64,000 nucleotides of DNA from Bdellovibrionales bacterium (GTDB lineage Bacteria > Bdellovibrionota > Bdellovibrionia > Bdellovibrionales > UBA1609): NCBI GenBank assembly GCA_965203225.1, contig CBDBBW010000007.1:7122-71121 (forward strand). Direction: 5' to 3'. Shown piece after piece: positions 19,115-27,791 of this stretch. A model generated the notes under the pieces. The model searched no databases and had not been told where the DNA came from. It was given only the letters and a program-made list of their open reading frames with translations. Numbering within the stretch: position 1 is the first letter of the stretch; each line of letters opens with the position of its first letter. The translations under genes and the position numbers were made by a program.

Positions 19115-19151
19115 AAAACAACTTTCTCCGAGTTCCATCCCCTTAAAAAAA

Positions 19152-20735
19152 TCACATTCGATAAACACCTTTAGACTTGTCCTCCAGGGGAGCGTAAAGG
19201 GAGGCATCCAGACCCAAAGCCAACACCTTTCTGGTATCCAAAGGATCAATAATACCATCATCCCACAAACGGGCGGTGGAGTAGTAAGCTGAACTTTGTT
19301 TATCGTATTGTTCCTTTAAACTACCTTGCTCATCCTCTTTTTTTTGCTCCTTATGACCTGCTTTGCCGGCTGAAATGGACTGAAGCACTTTTTTCGCCTG
19401 CGGCCCACCCATCACCGCAATACGGGCTGAAGGCCACATCCAGAGCTGACGGGGTTGATAAGCTCGCCCACACATCCCGTAATTGCCGGCTCCATAGGAA
19501 GCGCCCACAACAACTGTAAACTTAGGCACCCGCGCCAGACTGACCGCGGTCACCATTTTTGCCCCCTGTTTTGTAATGCCTGCGCTCTCATACTGCCTGC
19601 CCACCATAAAGCCCACAATGTTTTGCAGAAACAAAAGAGAAATACCCCGTTGATCACATAAATCAATAAAATGAGCCGCTTTTAAAGCGGATTCACTGAA
19701 CAAAACTCCGTTGTTGGCCAGTATCCCCACCGGGTGCCCGCACAGATGCGCCCATCCTGTCACCAAAGTGGTTCCGTAGTTTTTTTTAAACTCATGCAGT
19801 TCAGAACCATCCACCAAGCGCGCTATAACTTCCTTTATATCAAAAGCTGTTTTCAAATCCGATGAAACAATGCCGTACATCTCCTCAGCTGGATAAAGAG
19901 GGGGGACACTCTTTCGCAAAACTTGTGTTCGCCTATGGAAAAAACCCAAATGTGATATAATATCGCGCGCCTTTTCCAAAGCCTGATCCTCGTCATTGAC
20001 TACATGATCACTCACTCCGGACTGCGAACTGTGTAACACGGCTCCTCCCAGCTCTTCCGCACTGACCTTTTCCCCGGTAGCGGCCTCCACTAAAGGAGGA
20101 CCTCCCAAAAAAATAGTGCCAGCTCCTTTGACGATAACATTTTCATCAGACATGGCAGGCACATAAGCCCCCCCTGCCGTACAGTACCCCAAAACCACAG
20201 CGACCTGGGAAATCCCCCTGGCCGTCATACGAGCCTGATTGAAAAAAATTCTTCCAAAATGATCCCGATCGGGAAAAACCTCATCCTGATAATGCAAATA
20301 GGCTCCACCGCTATCCACCAGATAAATACAAGGAAGATGATTTTCCAAAGCAATTTCCTGTGCGCGCAAATGTTTTTTAATCGTAATGGGGAAATAGGCA
20401 CCGCCTTTCACTCTTGCATCATTAGCCACCACCACAACAGGACGACCATGCACAACAATCACCCCTGTCACTATACCGGCAGAGGGTATATTCTCCCTGT
20501 AAAGCCCTCTCCCGGCCAGAGCGGAAAACTCCAAAAAGCAGGTGCCGGGATCCTTCAGCTTTTCAATTCTTTCTCTAACCAAATATTTTTTATTTTGAAT
20601 CCGAGCACTTTGCCGACTGGCACCGGTTTTGGCCAACTCCATCACTTTTTTCAGTTCCTCAACCTTTTGTTTCATAAATTGAAAGTTATGTTTAAAAGTT
20701 TCCGACTGACTGTCTATATGTGTTTTTAAAATCAA
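19152..20735 (-). CDS. liuB: Methylcrotonyl-CoA carboxylase beta (carboxyltransferase) subunit
   Basis: 527-aa carboxyltransferase with two crotonase-like halves ([37 protein letters not shown]). Sits in liuB-C-D-E order. Confidence 0.9.
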   Translation of the reverse strand: MILKTHIDSQSETFKHNFQFMKQKVEELKKVMELAKTGASRQSARIQNKKYLVRERIEKLKDPGTCFLEFSALAGRGLYRENIPSAGIVTGVIVVHGRPVVVVANDARVKGGAYFPITIKKHLRAQEIALENHLPCIYLVDSGGAYLHYQDEVFPDRDHFGRIFFNQARMTARGISQVAVVLGYCTAGGAYVPAMSDENVIVKGAGTIFLGGPPLVEAATGEKVSAEELGGAVLHSSQSGVSDHVVNDEDQALEKARDIISHLGFFHRRTQVLRKSVPPLYPAEEMYGIVSSDLKTAFDIKEVIARLVDGSELHEFKKNYGTTLVTGWAHLCGHPVGILANNGVLFSESALKAAHFIDLCDQRGISLLFLQNIVGFMVGRQYESAGITKQGAKMVTAVSLARVPKFTVVVGASYGAGNYGMCGRAYQPRQLWMWPSARIAVMGGPQAKKVLQSISAGKAGHKEQKKEDEQGSLKEQYDKQSSAYYSTARLWDDGIIDPLDTRKVLALGLDASLYAPLEDKSKGVYRM

Positions 20736-20905
20736 AAGTCATTCCCCCTTTTCCAAGGCTCATTTATTTTTGCATAAAATATCCCGGCAGACCTCTGGTA
20801 AAACCGGATAAATGGTTTTCACCTTTGCTGATGGTATCAAGCGCAGATCTGACTTAAATTTTCCCCCAAAGAGTTGTACATTTTGTTTTCAAGCTCAATC
20901 CTTTT

Positions 20906-21892
20906 TTGATTTTTCATAATAATACTGGCTTGATTTGGCCTTTAAAACAAGCCATACTATTTTATATGAACAAAGAATTTTTACTAAAACTGAAAACTTA
21001 TCGTTTTCGCATCCTGGCCGGAGCACTTTTTTGCGTTTTTTTAATCAGCACCTGGTTTATACTACATAAACGACCCACTTACCCGGAAGAATTACATATC
21101 AGCCTGCAAAATCAGTTAAAAGTCATCATACAGGAAGCCCTTATTCAGAAGACACCACAAATTCAGAATTTTCAGTTTCAAAAAATGTGGACACAATCCA
21201 CGAACAAGCGAAATCAAATCAGCGCCCATTTCAAATACTCCTTTAATGACGAAACGGATACAAAACTCTCCATAGAAGGCCTGGCCCTGATGAATCAACA
21301 AAGTTTAAATTCCTCCACGGAACAGGAATTATGGAGCGTGGATCACATCGAAATCAACCACACCAAACTGGATTTTAAGGAGCCTGTTCTTTTGTTTTCA
21401 GGTAAAAGCTCCGGGGAGTCCCTGGAGAAACCGGAGTCAACAGAAGAGACAAGCGATTCCACTGACTTTCCCGCTGACACAAAGGAAATGAAAGAAAGAA
21501 CAGAAACAAAAAAGACAGAAAACAAAAAAGCAAAACCGGATAAAACTGAAAACAAACAGGAAAACAAACAAGCAAAAGACATAAAAAAAGACGACTTACA
21601 AGAAGTCGATTCACAAAGGCCGGAGCGGAAAAAAGAAAAAAAACCGGATCAAAAAGAAGAGCAGGCCCAAGAGCAAAAAACAGATCAAAAAGAAGAACAG
21701 GCTCAAAAGCAAAAACCGGATCAAAAAGAAGAGCAAGCCCAAAAGCAAAAACCGGATCAAAAAGAACCTCGGGATCAATCGAACCAGTCGGGACAGGAAC
21801 AAGCTACTGAAAAATCAGAAAAGCCGGCCATTCAAAATACCGATGAATCCCCAAAAAAATCCACTGACTCCGACGATAAAGAAAAAAAATGA
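20906..21892 (+). CDS. Hypothetical membrane-anchored protein with a K/E/Q-rich repetitive tail
   Basis: One N-terminal TM (ILAGALFCVFLISTWFIL). The C-terminus carries 36-bp repeats (21644-21766) encoding PDQKEEQAQKQK. The likely start is ATG 20966. Confidence 0.5.
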   Translation: MIFHNNTGLIWPLKQAILFYMNKEFLLKLKTYRFRILAGALFCVFLISTWFILHKRPTYPEELHISLQNQLKVIIQEALIQKTPQIQNFQFQKMWTQSTNKRNQISAHFKYSFNDETDTKLSIEGLALMNQQSLNSSTEQELWSVDHIEINHTKLDFKEPVLLFSGKSSGESLEKPESTEETSDSTDFPADTKEMKERTETKKTENKKAKPDKTENKQENKQAKDIKKDDLQEVDSQRPERKKEKKPDQKEEQAQEQKTDQKEEQAQKQKPDQKEEQAQKQKPDQKEPRDQSNQSGQEQATEKSEKPAIQNTDESPKKSTDSDDKEKK

Positions 21893-22341
21893 CAATTCAT
21901 AAAAAAATTCAACAGGGAAAAGCCACTGACTGGCCAAAAGAAGTTTTAATCTATACTGATGGCGCTTCCCGCGGAAACCCAGGGGCCGCCGGGGCAGGAT
22001 TGGTGGTCTACAACATGAACAAAGTGTGTCTATATGAAGAAGCTTTTTTTCTGGGAGTGAAGACCAATAATTTTGCGGAATATTCAGCTGTTTTAAGAGC
22101 TTTGCAACTAAGCGCTGAAAATAAAGTTAACAATCTGCTCTTAAAAAGCGACAGTGAATTTTTAGTAAAACAACTATCCGGTCTTTACAAGGTAAAATCC
22201 TCAAACATAAAAACCCTTTATGAGAAATGCAAACAACAGGAAAGCCAGATGCAAAAAGTGAAATTTCAACATATCCGCCGGGAAAAAAACAAAAGAGCTG
22301 ACAAACTGGCCAATATGATTTTGGACAACGCGGATTTTTAA
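21889..22341 (+). CDS. rnhA: Ribonuclease H (type 1 fold)
   Basis: YTDGASRGNPGAAGAG, then SDSEFLVKQ, then NKRADKLAN catalytic-acid pattern. ATGA overlap with the upstream ORF. Confidence 0.85.
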   Translation: MTIHKKIQQGKATDWPKEVLIYTDGASRGNPGAAGAGLVVYNMNKVCLYEEAFFLGVKTNNFAEYSAVLRALQLSAENKVNNLLLKSDSEFLVKQLSGLYKVKSSNIKTLYEKCKQQESQMQKVKFQHIRREKNKRADKLANMILDNADF

Positions 22342-22510
22342 TCCTCATTAAACCTTTAGATTCATGGTGATTTAAGCTAAATATTAGAGTAGTTCACTTA
22401 TTGTAATTAATATGAAAAACAAGTGTTTTTGAAACCAAATTCAAAATTATTGAACCCATTTTTTTAAAACATAAATACTTTACCAAAACAAACAAACAGC
22501 CTATATTATA

Positions 22511-22925
22511 AAGAGGGGATTGCCGGGTGATCGCTGAACTTTTCCCTGTAAATACCGATCACGGTATAAGCGGGTGCCAAAGCCAATTTGTCAATCACGA
22601 ACTGGCTATAAAAATTCAGAGGAAAGTCCGGACTCCAATATGGCAGCGTAAAAGGTGAAAACCTTTCCACTCTGAAGACAGCTTTTGCCGTCTCCAAGGT
22701 GAGGACAAGTGGAACAGAAAGTATATCCGGATTTTTTTCATCAAGATGGAAAAAATTGCTGGAGTGAAATCAGCTAAACTCTGCGCGGAGCAAGGTCAAA
22801 TAGGAAAGCGTCTGAGTCAAGCCATGACAAGCTTTCGGGTTGACCGCAAAGATAAATGCTCACCTCCTCCCGCTTGAACCGGTTGAGCGGGAGCAGACAG
22901 AATCCGGCTTACAGCAATCCCCTTC
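22511..22925 (+). ncRNA. rnpB: RNase P RNA (bacterial type A)
   Basis: Conserved blocks GAGGAAAGTCCGGACTCC, AAACTCTGCGCGGAGCAAGGTCAAATAGG and ACAGAATCCGGCTTAC. P1 pairing: gaggggattgc (5') with gcaatcccctt (3'). Confidence 0.88.
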
Positions 22926-22947
22926 AACCGGTTTTATATTTAAAAAC

Positions 22948-23021
22948 TGATGGCGGTAGGATTCGAACCTACGACCTACAGCTTAGAAGGCTGTTGCTCT
23001 ATCCAGCTAAGCTACGCCACC
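22948..23021 (-). tRNA. tRNA-Arg (anticodon UCU)
   Basis: Hand-folded: acceptor GGTGGCG/CGCCATC, D-arm GCTT-AGCTGGATA-GAGC, anticodon stem ACAGC/GCTGT with loop CTTCTAA, T-arm GTAGG-TTCGAAT-CCTAC. CCA is not encoded. Confidence 0.9.
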
Positions 23022-23154
23022 ATCTTTAATTTATGTACAAAATCAAGATACATTCACTATTCCCGCTTTATCCCTCTCCCTCCAATTTTTAATAAAAAAA
23101 GTATAATTGCGTTCACCGTTTTTACAAGAGGATGTGTTTAATTGATTCATATCA

Positions 23155-24552
23155 TTAAGTTATTTTCTTTATAATATCACCACTTTTTACATTATTACCT
23201 TCTTCTGCGTTCGATTCCGCTCCCGACTCCACCTCTGATGCCCTTAACAACTTTTGCTCCTGTAAATAATTACCGGAAAACAAAAGACATACCAGACCTA
23301 TTAACATGGCCAATAAAGAGGCAATCAAAATACTCAATTTAGAGTACATAGCCAACTCCGGTTGAGTAAGAAAACCGAGGTGAGAAATAAACAAGGCCAT
23401 AGTAAACCCAATCCCAGCCAAAAAGCCGACGCCGGTTAATCTCCTCCAGTTAAACCCGGAAGGCCAAACAGCCAGATTCAAACGAACAGCTAAAAAGGAA
23501 AACAGCAAAATACCAATGGGTTTACCCAATAAAAGACCGAACAAAACACCCAGGAAGACAGGATGAGAACTAAATTCCGCAAAGGATAATCCAGTTTTAA
23601 ACTCCACGCCCGCATTACAAAACGCAAATACCGGCATAACAATCCAAGCGACATAAGGATGCAAAACTTCAATCAACCGATGAGCGGGGGTGTAAAGGGA
23701 CTGGACTGAATCCATCAGCTGTCTTGATTTTTTATAGTGAGGAACCGATACAGAAAGTTTTCTGACATTCTTCCATTTTTGCTCTCTATTATCTATTCTC
23801 CGGGCTGGACACATCAAGCCCAGAATCACTCCAGCCACTGTAGAATGCACTCCGCTGTTCAACATAAAAAACCAAAGACCAACTCCGCAAATAACATAAA
23901 AAGTGATACTTTTAATGGCTATTTTCTCAGCACAGACAATAACAAAAACAACCATGGTTCCCAAACCCAAAAACCGGCCGGCAATTTCCTGAGAATAAAA
24001 AACAGCTATGACCAGCACTGCACCCAAGTCATCTACAATAGCCAAACCCAAAAGAAACACCTTTAATGAAACCGGCACTCTTTTGGATATAAGGCTTAAA
24101 ACCCCCACCGCAAAAGCAATATCTGTCGCCATAGGGATAGCCCACCCGACCTGAGTAACACCCTGAGAATTAAAAAACAGATAAAATAACGCCGGCATGA
24201 TCATACCACCCAAAGCGGCAAAAAGCGGCAAGGCCGCTTTCTTAGGAGAGGCCAACTCACCCACAGTTAACTCTCTTTTTATCTCCAAACCCACAACAAA
24301 AAAGAAAATCACCATTAAAGCGTCATTCACCCAATGATGAAGAGACAAAGAAAGAGAATAGCCTCCAAAGTGAAAACCCAGGGGGTAGTGTAAAATTTTA
24401 TGGTATAAGCCAGACCAAGGGGAATTGGCCCACAACAAAGCCAACAAAGTGGAAATCAATAAAAAAATTCCCGTGCTGGCTTCCAGATTAAAAAATCTTC
24501 CAAAAGGAGTGACAAACCTTTTCACCATTTGTCTGGATTTAGTCTTCAACAT
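23155..24552 (-). CDS. nhaA: Na+/H+ antiporter NhaA with a ~45-aa C-terminal tail
   Basis: 12-TM profile, including the NhaA LAIVDDLGAV motif (conserved DD pair). Confidence 0.9.
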   Translation of the reverse strand: MLKTKSRQMVKRFVTPFGRFFNLEASTGIFLLISTLLALLWANSPWSGLYHKILHYPLGFHFGGYSLSLSLHHWVNDALMVIFFFVVGLEIKRELTVGELASPKKAALPLFAALGGMIMPALFYLFFNSQGVTQVGWAIPMATDIAFAVGVLSLISKRVPVSLKVFLLGLAIVDDLGAVLVIAVFYSQEIAGRFLGLGTMVVFVIVCAEKIAIKSITFYVICGVGLWFFMLNSGVHSTVAGVILGLMCPARRIDNREQKWKNVRKLSVSVPHYKKSRQLMDSVQSLYTPAHRLIEVLHPYVAWIVMPVFAFCNAGVEFKTGLSFAEFSSHPVFLGVLFGLLLGKPIGILLFSFLAVRLNLAVWPSGFNWRRLTGVGFLAGIGFTMALFISHLGFLTQPELAMYSKLSILIASLLAMLIGLVCLLFSGNYLQEQKLLRASEVESGAESNAEEGNNVKSGDIIKKIT

Positions 24553-24859
24553 ATCAGATTATCCTTTTTTGAATATTAAATTAAAAACTTATCTTCTACC
24601 CTTTTCAGTTCTTTTTATTTTGAGCACGGAGGAAGCAAAAATACGAATTTCATAAAATAAGCCCCTGCAGTCAAACAAAAATCCACTCCTTCATCCCCAG
24701 ATAATCACTAATAACCGCTAACCGGAGTATTTCATAAAAATCCTATAAATTTTCGGCAAAGAATGTCATTTTTTTTCAAGAATAAGGCCAAAAAACTTTA
24801 CTTCTATTAAAGCAACTAATAAAAAGTATATATCACTTTTATCTCAAATGGCAAGTTGA

Positions 24860-24969
24860 GGCTAACTTCGAGTGACCTTCTTTAGATTATTATGAGTTAA
24901 AGTAATCTACTTGTGTTTTTTTGCGACCGGGGGCTAACCTGCGAGTGGCCTTCTTTAGATTATTATGAG
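24860..24969. repeat. Direct duplication (37/38 bp, period 72 bp) of the leader and start codon of the NYN pseudogene
   Basis: ggctaac..gagtgRccttctttagattattatgag occurs at 24860-24896 and 24932-24969. Confidence 0.85.
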
Positions 24970-25502
24970 AGCAATCGCCTATATTGACAGTTTTAATCTT
25001 TTTTACGATACTTTAAAAAAGAGTCCTATAAATTAACTTGGAAGCTCTGATAAAAAATATCTCTTCTGACTATTATTTGTATTAAATACTTTTACAGCCC
25101 GCATATCTTCGTTATCACAAAACTAAAAAACTCCCATAAAAAATATCTCTTCTGACTATTATTTGTATTAAATACTTTTACAGCCCGCATATCTTCGTTA
25201 TCACAAAATTAGAAAGCTCCCATTCACCAAGCACTTTATCTTAGAGCTTTAAAAACTCTGAAAAATATTCAAACTTATGACGGTCATTTTTTAGCTCATA
25301 TAGTCTTATGCCTTTAATCACAAAAGACTATTCTATGTCCGTCGTTCAGGCCCGTCTCGAATATGCAGAACAGAAAACAACTCAAGTGTACGCACAGACT
25401 GTGGCTTTCTTGAGTTCAAAGACAGGAGAAAAAACAGCTTCTATTGTTTTCAAAGACAGTCGTCTTATAAATCGGTTTTTTTTAGTGTACAGGAGTTTTT
25501 AA
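24965..25502 (+). pseudogene. Degraded NYN-domain protein gene (extent approximate)
   Basis: MRAIAYIDSFNLFYDTLKKSP matches the MRxAxYIDGFNLYY start of NYN-domain proteins. Frame-shifted pieces IKYF(T)AR... and YLRALKTLKNIQTYDGHFLAH follow. Contains stops, frameshifts and an 86-bp internal duplication. Confidence 0.55.
25050..25208. repeat. Tandem duplication, 73-bp unit, period 86 bp, inside the NYN pseudogene
   Basis: ataaaaaatatctcttctgactattatttgtattaaatacttttacagcccgcatatcttcgttatcacaaaa occurs at 25050-25122 and 25136-25208. Confidence 0.9.
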
Positions 25503-25569
25503 TAAAACCCTTGTAAAAGTTGATTTTTTTTAAAAATAACTTTTGTGATTTTAGTAAATTACAAAACTA

Positions 25570-25586
25570 TTGGTGCCCGCGGAGGG
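25570..25586. repeat. Left copy of an exact 17-bp GC-rich direct repeat (att-like)
   Basis: ttggtgcccgcggaggg, identical to 36912-36928. The reverse complement CCCTC-CGCGGGC-A-CCA reads like a tRNA T-stem 3' half, acceptor 3' strand, discriminator and CCA. Confidence 0.7.
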
Positions 25587-25838
25587 CTAAAAGATAGAGA
25601 TATTAAAATGCTGAAAAAACTAACAAACTCCACTCCTTTTTTTTCTATCATAACAGCTAATAACATCTCCTAACTGGAAGATCACTTAAATTTCATGCAA
25701 AAATTTGTCAAAAAAAGTCTAAAACCTTCTCTTTTTCCTAAAATAAGCTTATAAAGAGCATGATCATGCTTATCTCAAATGACAAGTTTAGGCTACCTCA
25801 GATGTTCTTTTTTATAGGGTTTAGAAATATGTACAATA

Positions 25839-26039
25839 ATGATAGAAGAAGATGAATGGGATACTGTATCTGAAAGTGATACGGTTGTAGAATGTAGGAA
25901 ACCTTTTGATGATACATCAACTTATTTTGTTGAATGGGATAAAAATACACTACTAAAAAATATGTTTTCAGAAGATTATTTAATAGTAGAAAATTATTCA
26001 TTCCTATTAAGTGTTAATGGTCTATTACTTGATCTTTAA
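25839..26039 (+). CDS. Small acidic hypothetical protein (66 aa) upstream of mod
   Basis: ORF only, with no clear RBS. About 15 D/E versus 4 K/R residues. May be non-coding. Confidence 0.3.
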   Translation: MIEEDEWDTVSESDTVVECRKPFDDTSTYFVEWDKNTLLKNMFSEDYLIVENYSFLLSVNGLLLDL

Positions 26040-26162
26040 GAGGTGAGAAAATAGAATAATATAGTTCAAGGAAACATGATTTGATATTTATGTTACTACA
26101 CTTGAGAAGAAAATATAAATATCATTTTTTTATAATTTAGATACATAAAGTTAGGATTAAGA

Positions 26163-27791
26163 ATGCCAATTTTAGATTTTAAAGGAAAGTCTGTTATCTA
26201 TTCGCATCATTTGAGAGTTCCTTTTCGTTCTTTAAATATAGATAAAAAAAGGTCTTTTTCAAGTCCAAAAAGCAATGGAAAAAAGTCAGAGCCTTCTTTA
26301 GATAATAACCTGATTATTCATGGGGATAATCTTCATGCCTTAAAAGCTTTAATTCCAAAATACCATGGAAGAATAAAATGTATCTATATTGATCCACCCT
26401 ATAACACAGGAAACGAGGGTTGGATATATAACGACAAAGTCAATAATCCTATCATAAAAGAGTGGCTGAAACAAAATGGCATTGGAAAAGATGATTTGGA
26501 AAGACATGATAAATGGCTTTGTATGATGTGGCCTCGTCTTCAATTATTAAAAGAACTATTATCTGAAGATGGAGTCATTTTTGTCAGTATTGATGATAAC
26601 GAGCAATTTAGACTTATGGCTATCATGGAAGAAATTTTTGGTGAAGAGAATTTTATTGGAGGATTTGTATGGAGAAAAAAAGCAGGGGCAGGAGCAGACA
26701 GCAAATTATTTTTTAGACAACATGAACATATATTATTTTATGGTAAGAATGTTAAAAACTTAACAAATTTATTTCAACCTTTAACAGAAAAACAAAAAAA
26801 GGAATATAAAAATCCTGATAATGATCCTCGTGGCTTATGGGCAAGCACTGATCTGACACGAACAGATGACAATGATCCAAAGAGAACTTATGAAGTAATA
26901 TCACCCTGTGGAAAAAAATATAAAAATTGTTGGACTTACACGGAAGAAAAATTCTATAAACTAATAGATGAAAATTTAATATGGTGGGGTAAAAATGAAG
27001 ATCAGAAACCAAAAAGAAAAAGATTTTTTAATAATAAAAAAGGATTGATACCTCGTTCTTGGATAGATTCGTTTCTTACTTCAGATGGAAAAAAAGATCT
27101 GGAATCCATTAATTTCAACTGCTTTCAATATCCTAAACCAAAAAAATTAATTAAATTATTGTTGCAAATAGCGAGTGATAAAAATTCAATTATATTAGAT
27201 TCCTTTGCAGGTTCAGGAACAACAGCTCACGCTGTTCTGGATTTGAATAAAGAAGACGGAGGCAATCGTAAGTTTATCCTTGTAGAGTGTGAAGATTATG
27301 CTGATACAATCACAGCTGAGCGTGTCCGGCGGGTCATAAAGGGAGTTCCTAAAGCCAAAGAAGGGAGATTAAAAAAAGGCTTAGGGGGTTCTTTCACTTA
27401 CTGCACTCTTGGAAAAGAAATCAATACAGAAAATCTTTTGAAAGGAAAAGATCTTCCTGATTACAAACAACTTGCAGAATATGTTTTTTATACAGCAACA
27501 GGAGAGAGTTTAAGCAAAGTTTATAAGGCTAATTCCGCTTGGTTTATTGGTGAAAGCTCAGCTTATAGACTGCATCTTGTTTATAAACCGGATTTAGATT
27601 TTCTAAGGAGCAAAGATAGTGCTTTGCATGAAGGCTTAGCAGAAACAATTAAGAATTTTAATGAACAATCAAAAAAAATAAGCCTTGTTTTTGCTCCAGC
27701 AAAATATATCACACAAAAAGAGCTTTTGAAGGACTATGGCATTCAGTTTTGCCAGCTTCCTTATGACATTCATAAAATTATGGGGGCTTAA
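26163..27791 (+). CDS. mod: Type III restriction-modification DNA methyltransferase (Mod, beta-class N6A/N4C)
   Basis: Motif IV DPPYNTG lies N-terminal to motif I FAGSGTTAHAV, with a variable region between them. Followed immediately by res. Confidence 0.9.
   Translation: MPILDFKGKSVIYSHHLRVPFRSLNIDKKRSFSSPKSNGKKSEPSLDNNLIIHGDNLHALKALIPKYHGRIKCIYIDPPYNTGNEGWIYNDKVNNPIIKEWLKQNGIGKDDLERHDKWLCMMWPRLQLLKELLSEDGVIFVSIDDNEQFRLMAIMEEIFGEENFIGGFVWRKKAGAGADSKLFFRQHEHILFYGKNVKNLTNLFQPLTEKQKKEYKNPDNDPRGLWASTDLTRTDDNDPKRTYEVISPCGKKYKNCWTYTEEKFYKLIDENLIWWGKNEDQKPKRKRFFNNKKGLIPRSWIDSFLTSDGKKDLESINFNCFQYPKPKKLIKLLLQIASDKNSIILDSFAGSGTTAHAVLDLNKEDGGNRKFILVECEDYADTITAERVRRVIKGVPKAKEGRLKKGLGGSFTYCTLGKEINTENLLKGKDLPDYKQLAEYVFYTATGESLSKVYKANSAWFIGESSAYRLHLVYKPDLDFLRSKDSALHEGLAETIKNFNEQSKKISLVFAPAKYITQKELLKDYGIQFCQLPYDIHKIMGA

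Noticed and set aside
22506-22697. 63-aa ORF on the minus strand
   Set aside because: It lies entirely inside the RNase P RNA gene, whose universal motifs are conserved on the plus strand. It is a coincidental ORF.
25570-25586. An intact tRNA gene at either copy of the 17-bp repeat
   Set aside because: Only the last 16-17 nt of a tRNA-like 3' end are present. The adjacent sequence at both sites lacks a T-loop (GTTCRAnnC), an anticodon arm and a D arm.
26102-26136. TTGAGA ... TATAAT as a sigma-70 promoter for mod
   Set aside because: The spacing between the hexamers is 23 nt, too long for a canonical promoter. TATAAT-like hexamers are frequent in this AT-rich DNA.
26163-27791. Phase-variable mod gene (phasevarion)
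   Set aside because: No tetra- or pentanucleotide or long homopolymer tract was seen in mod. Only A7-A8 runs occur, which are common throughout this AT-rich island.
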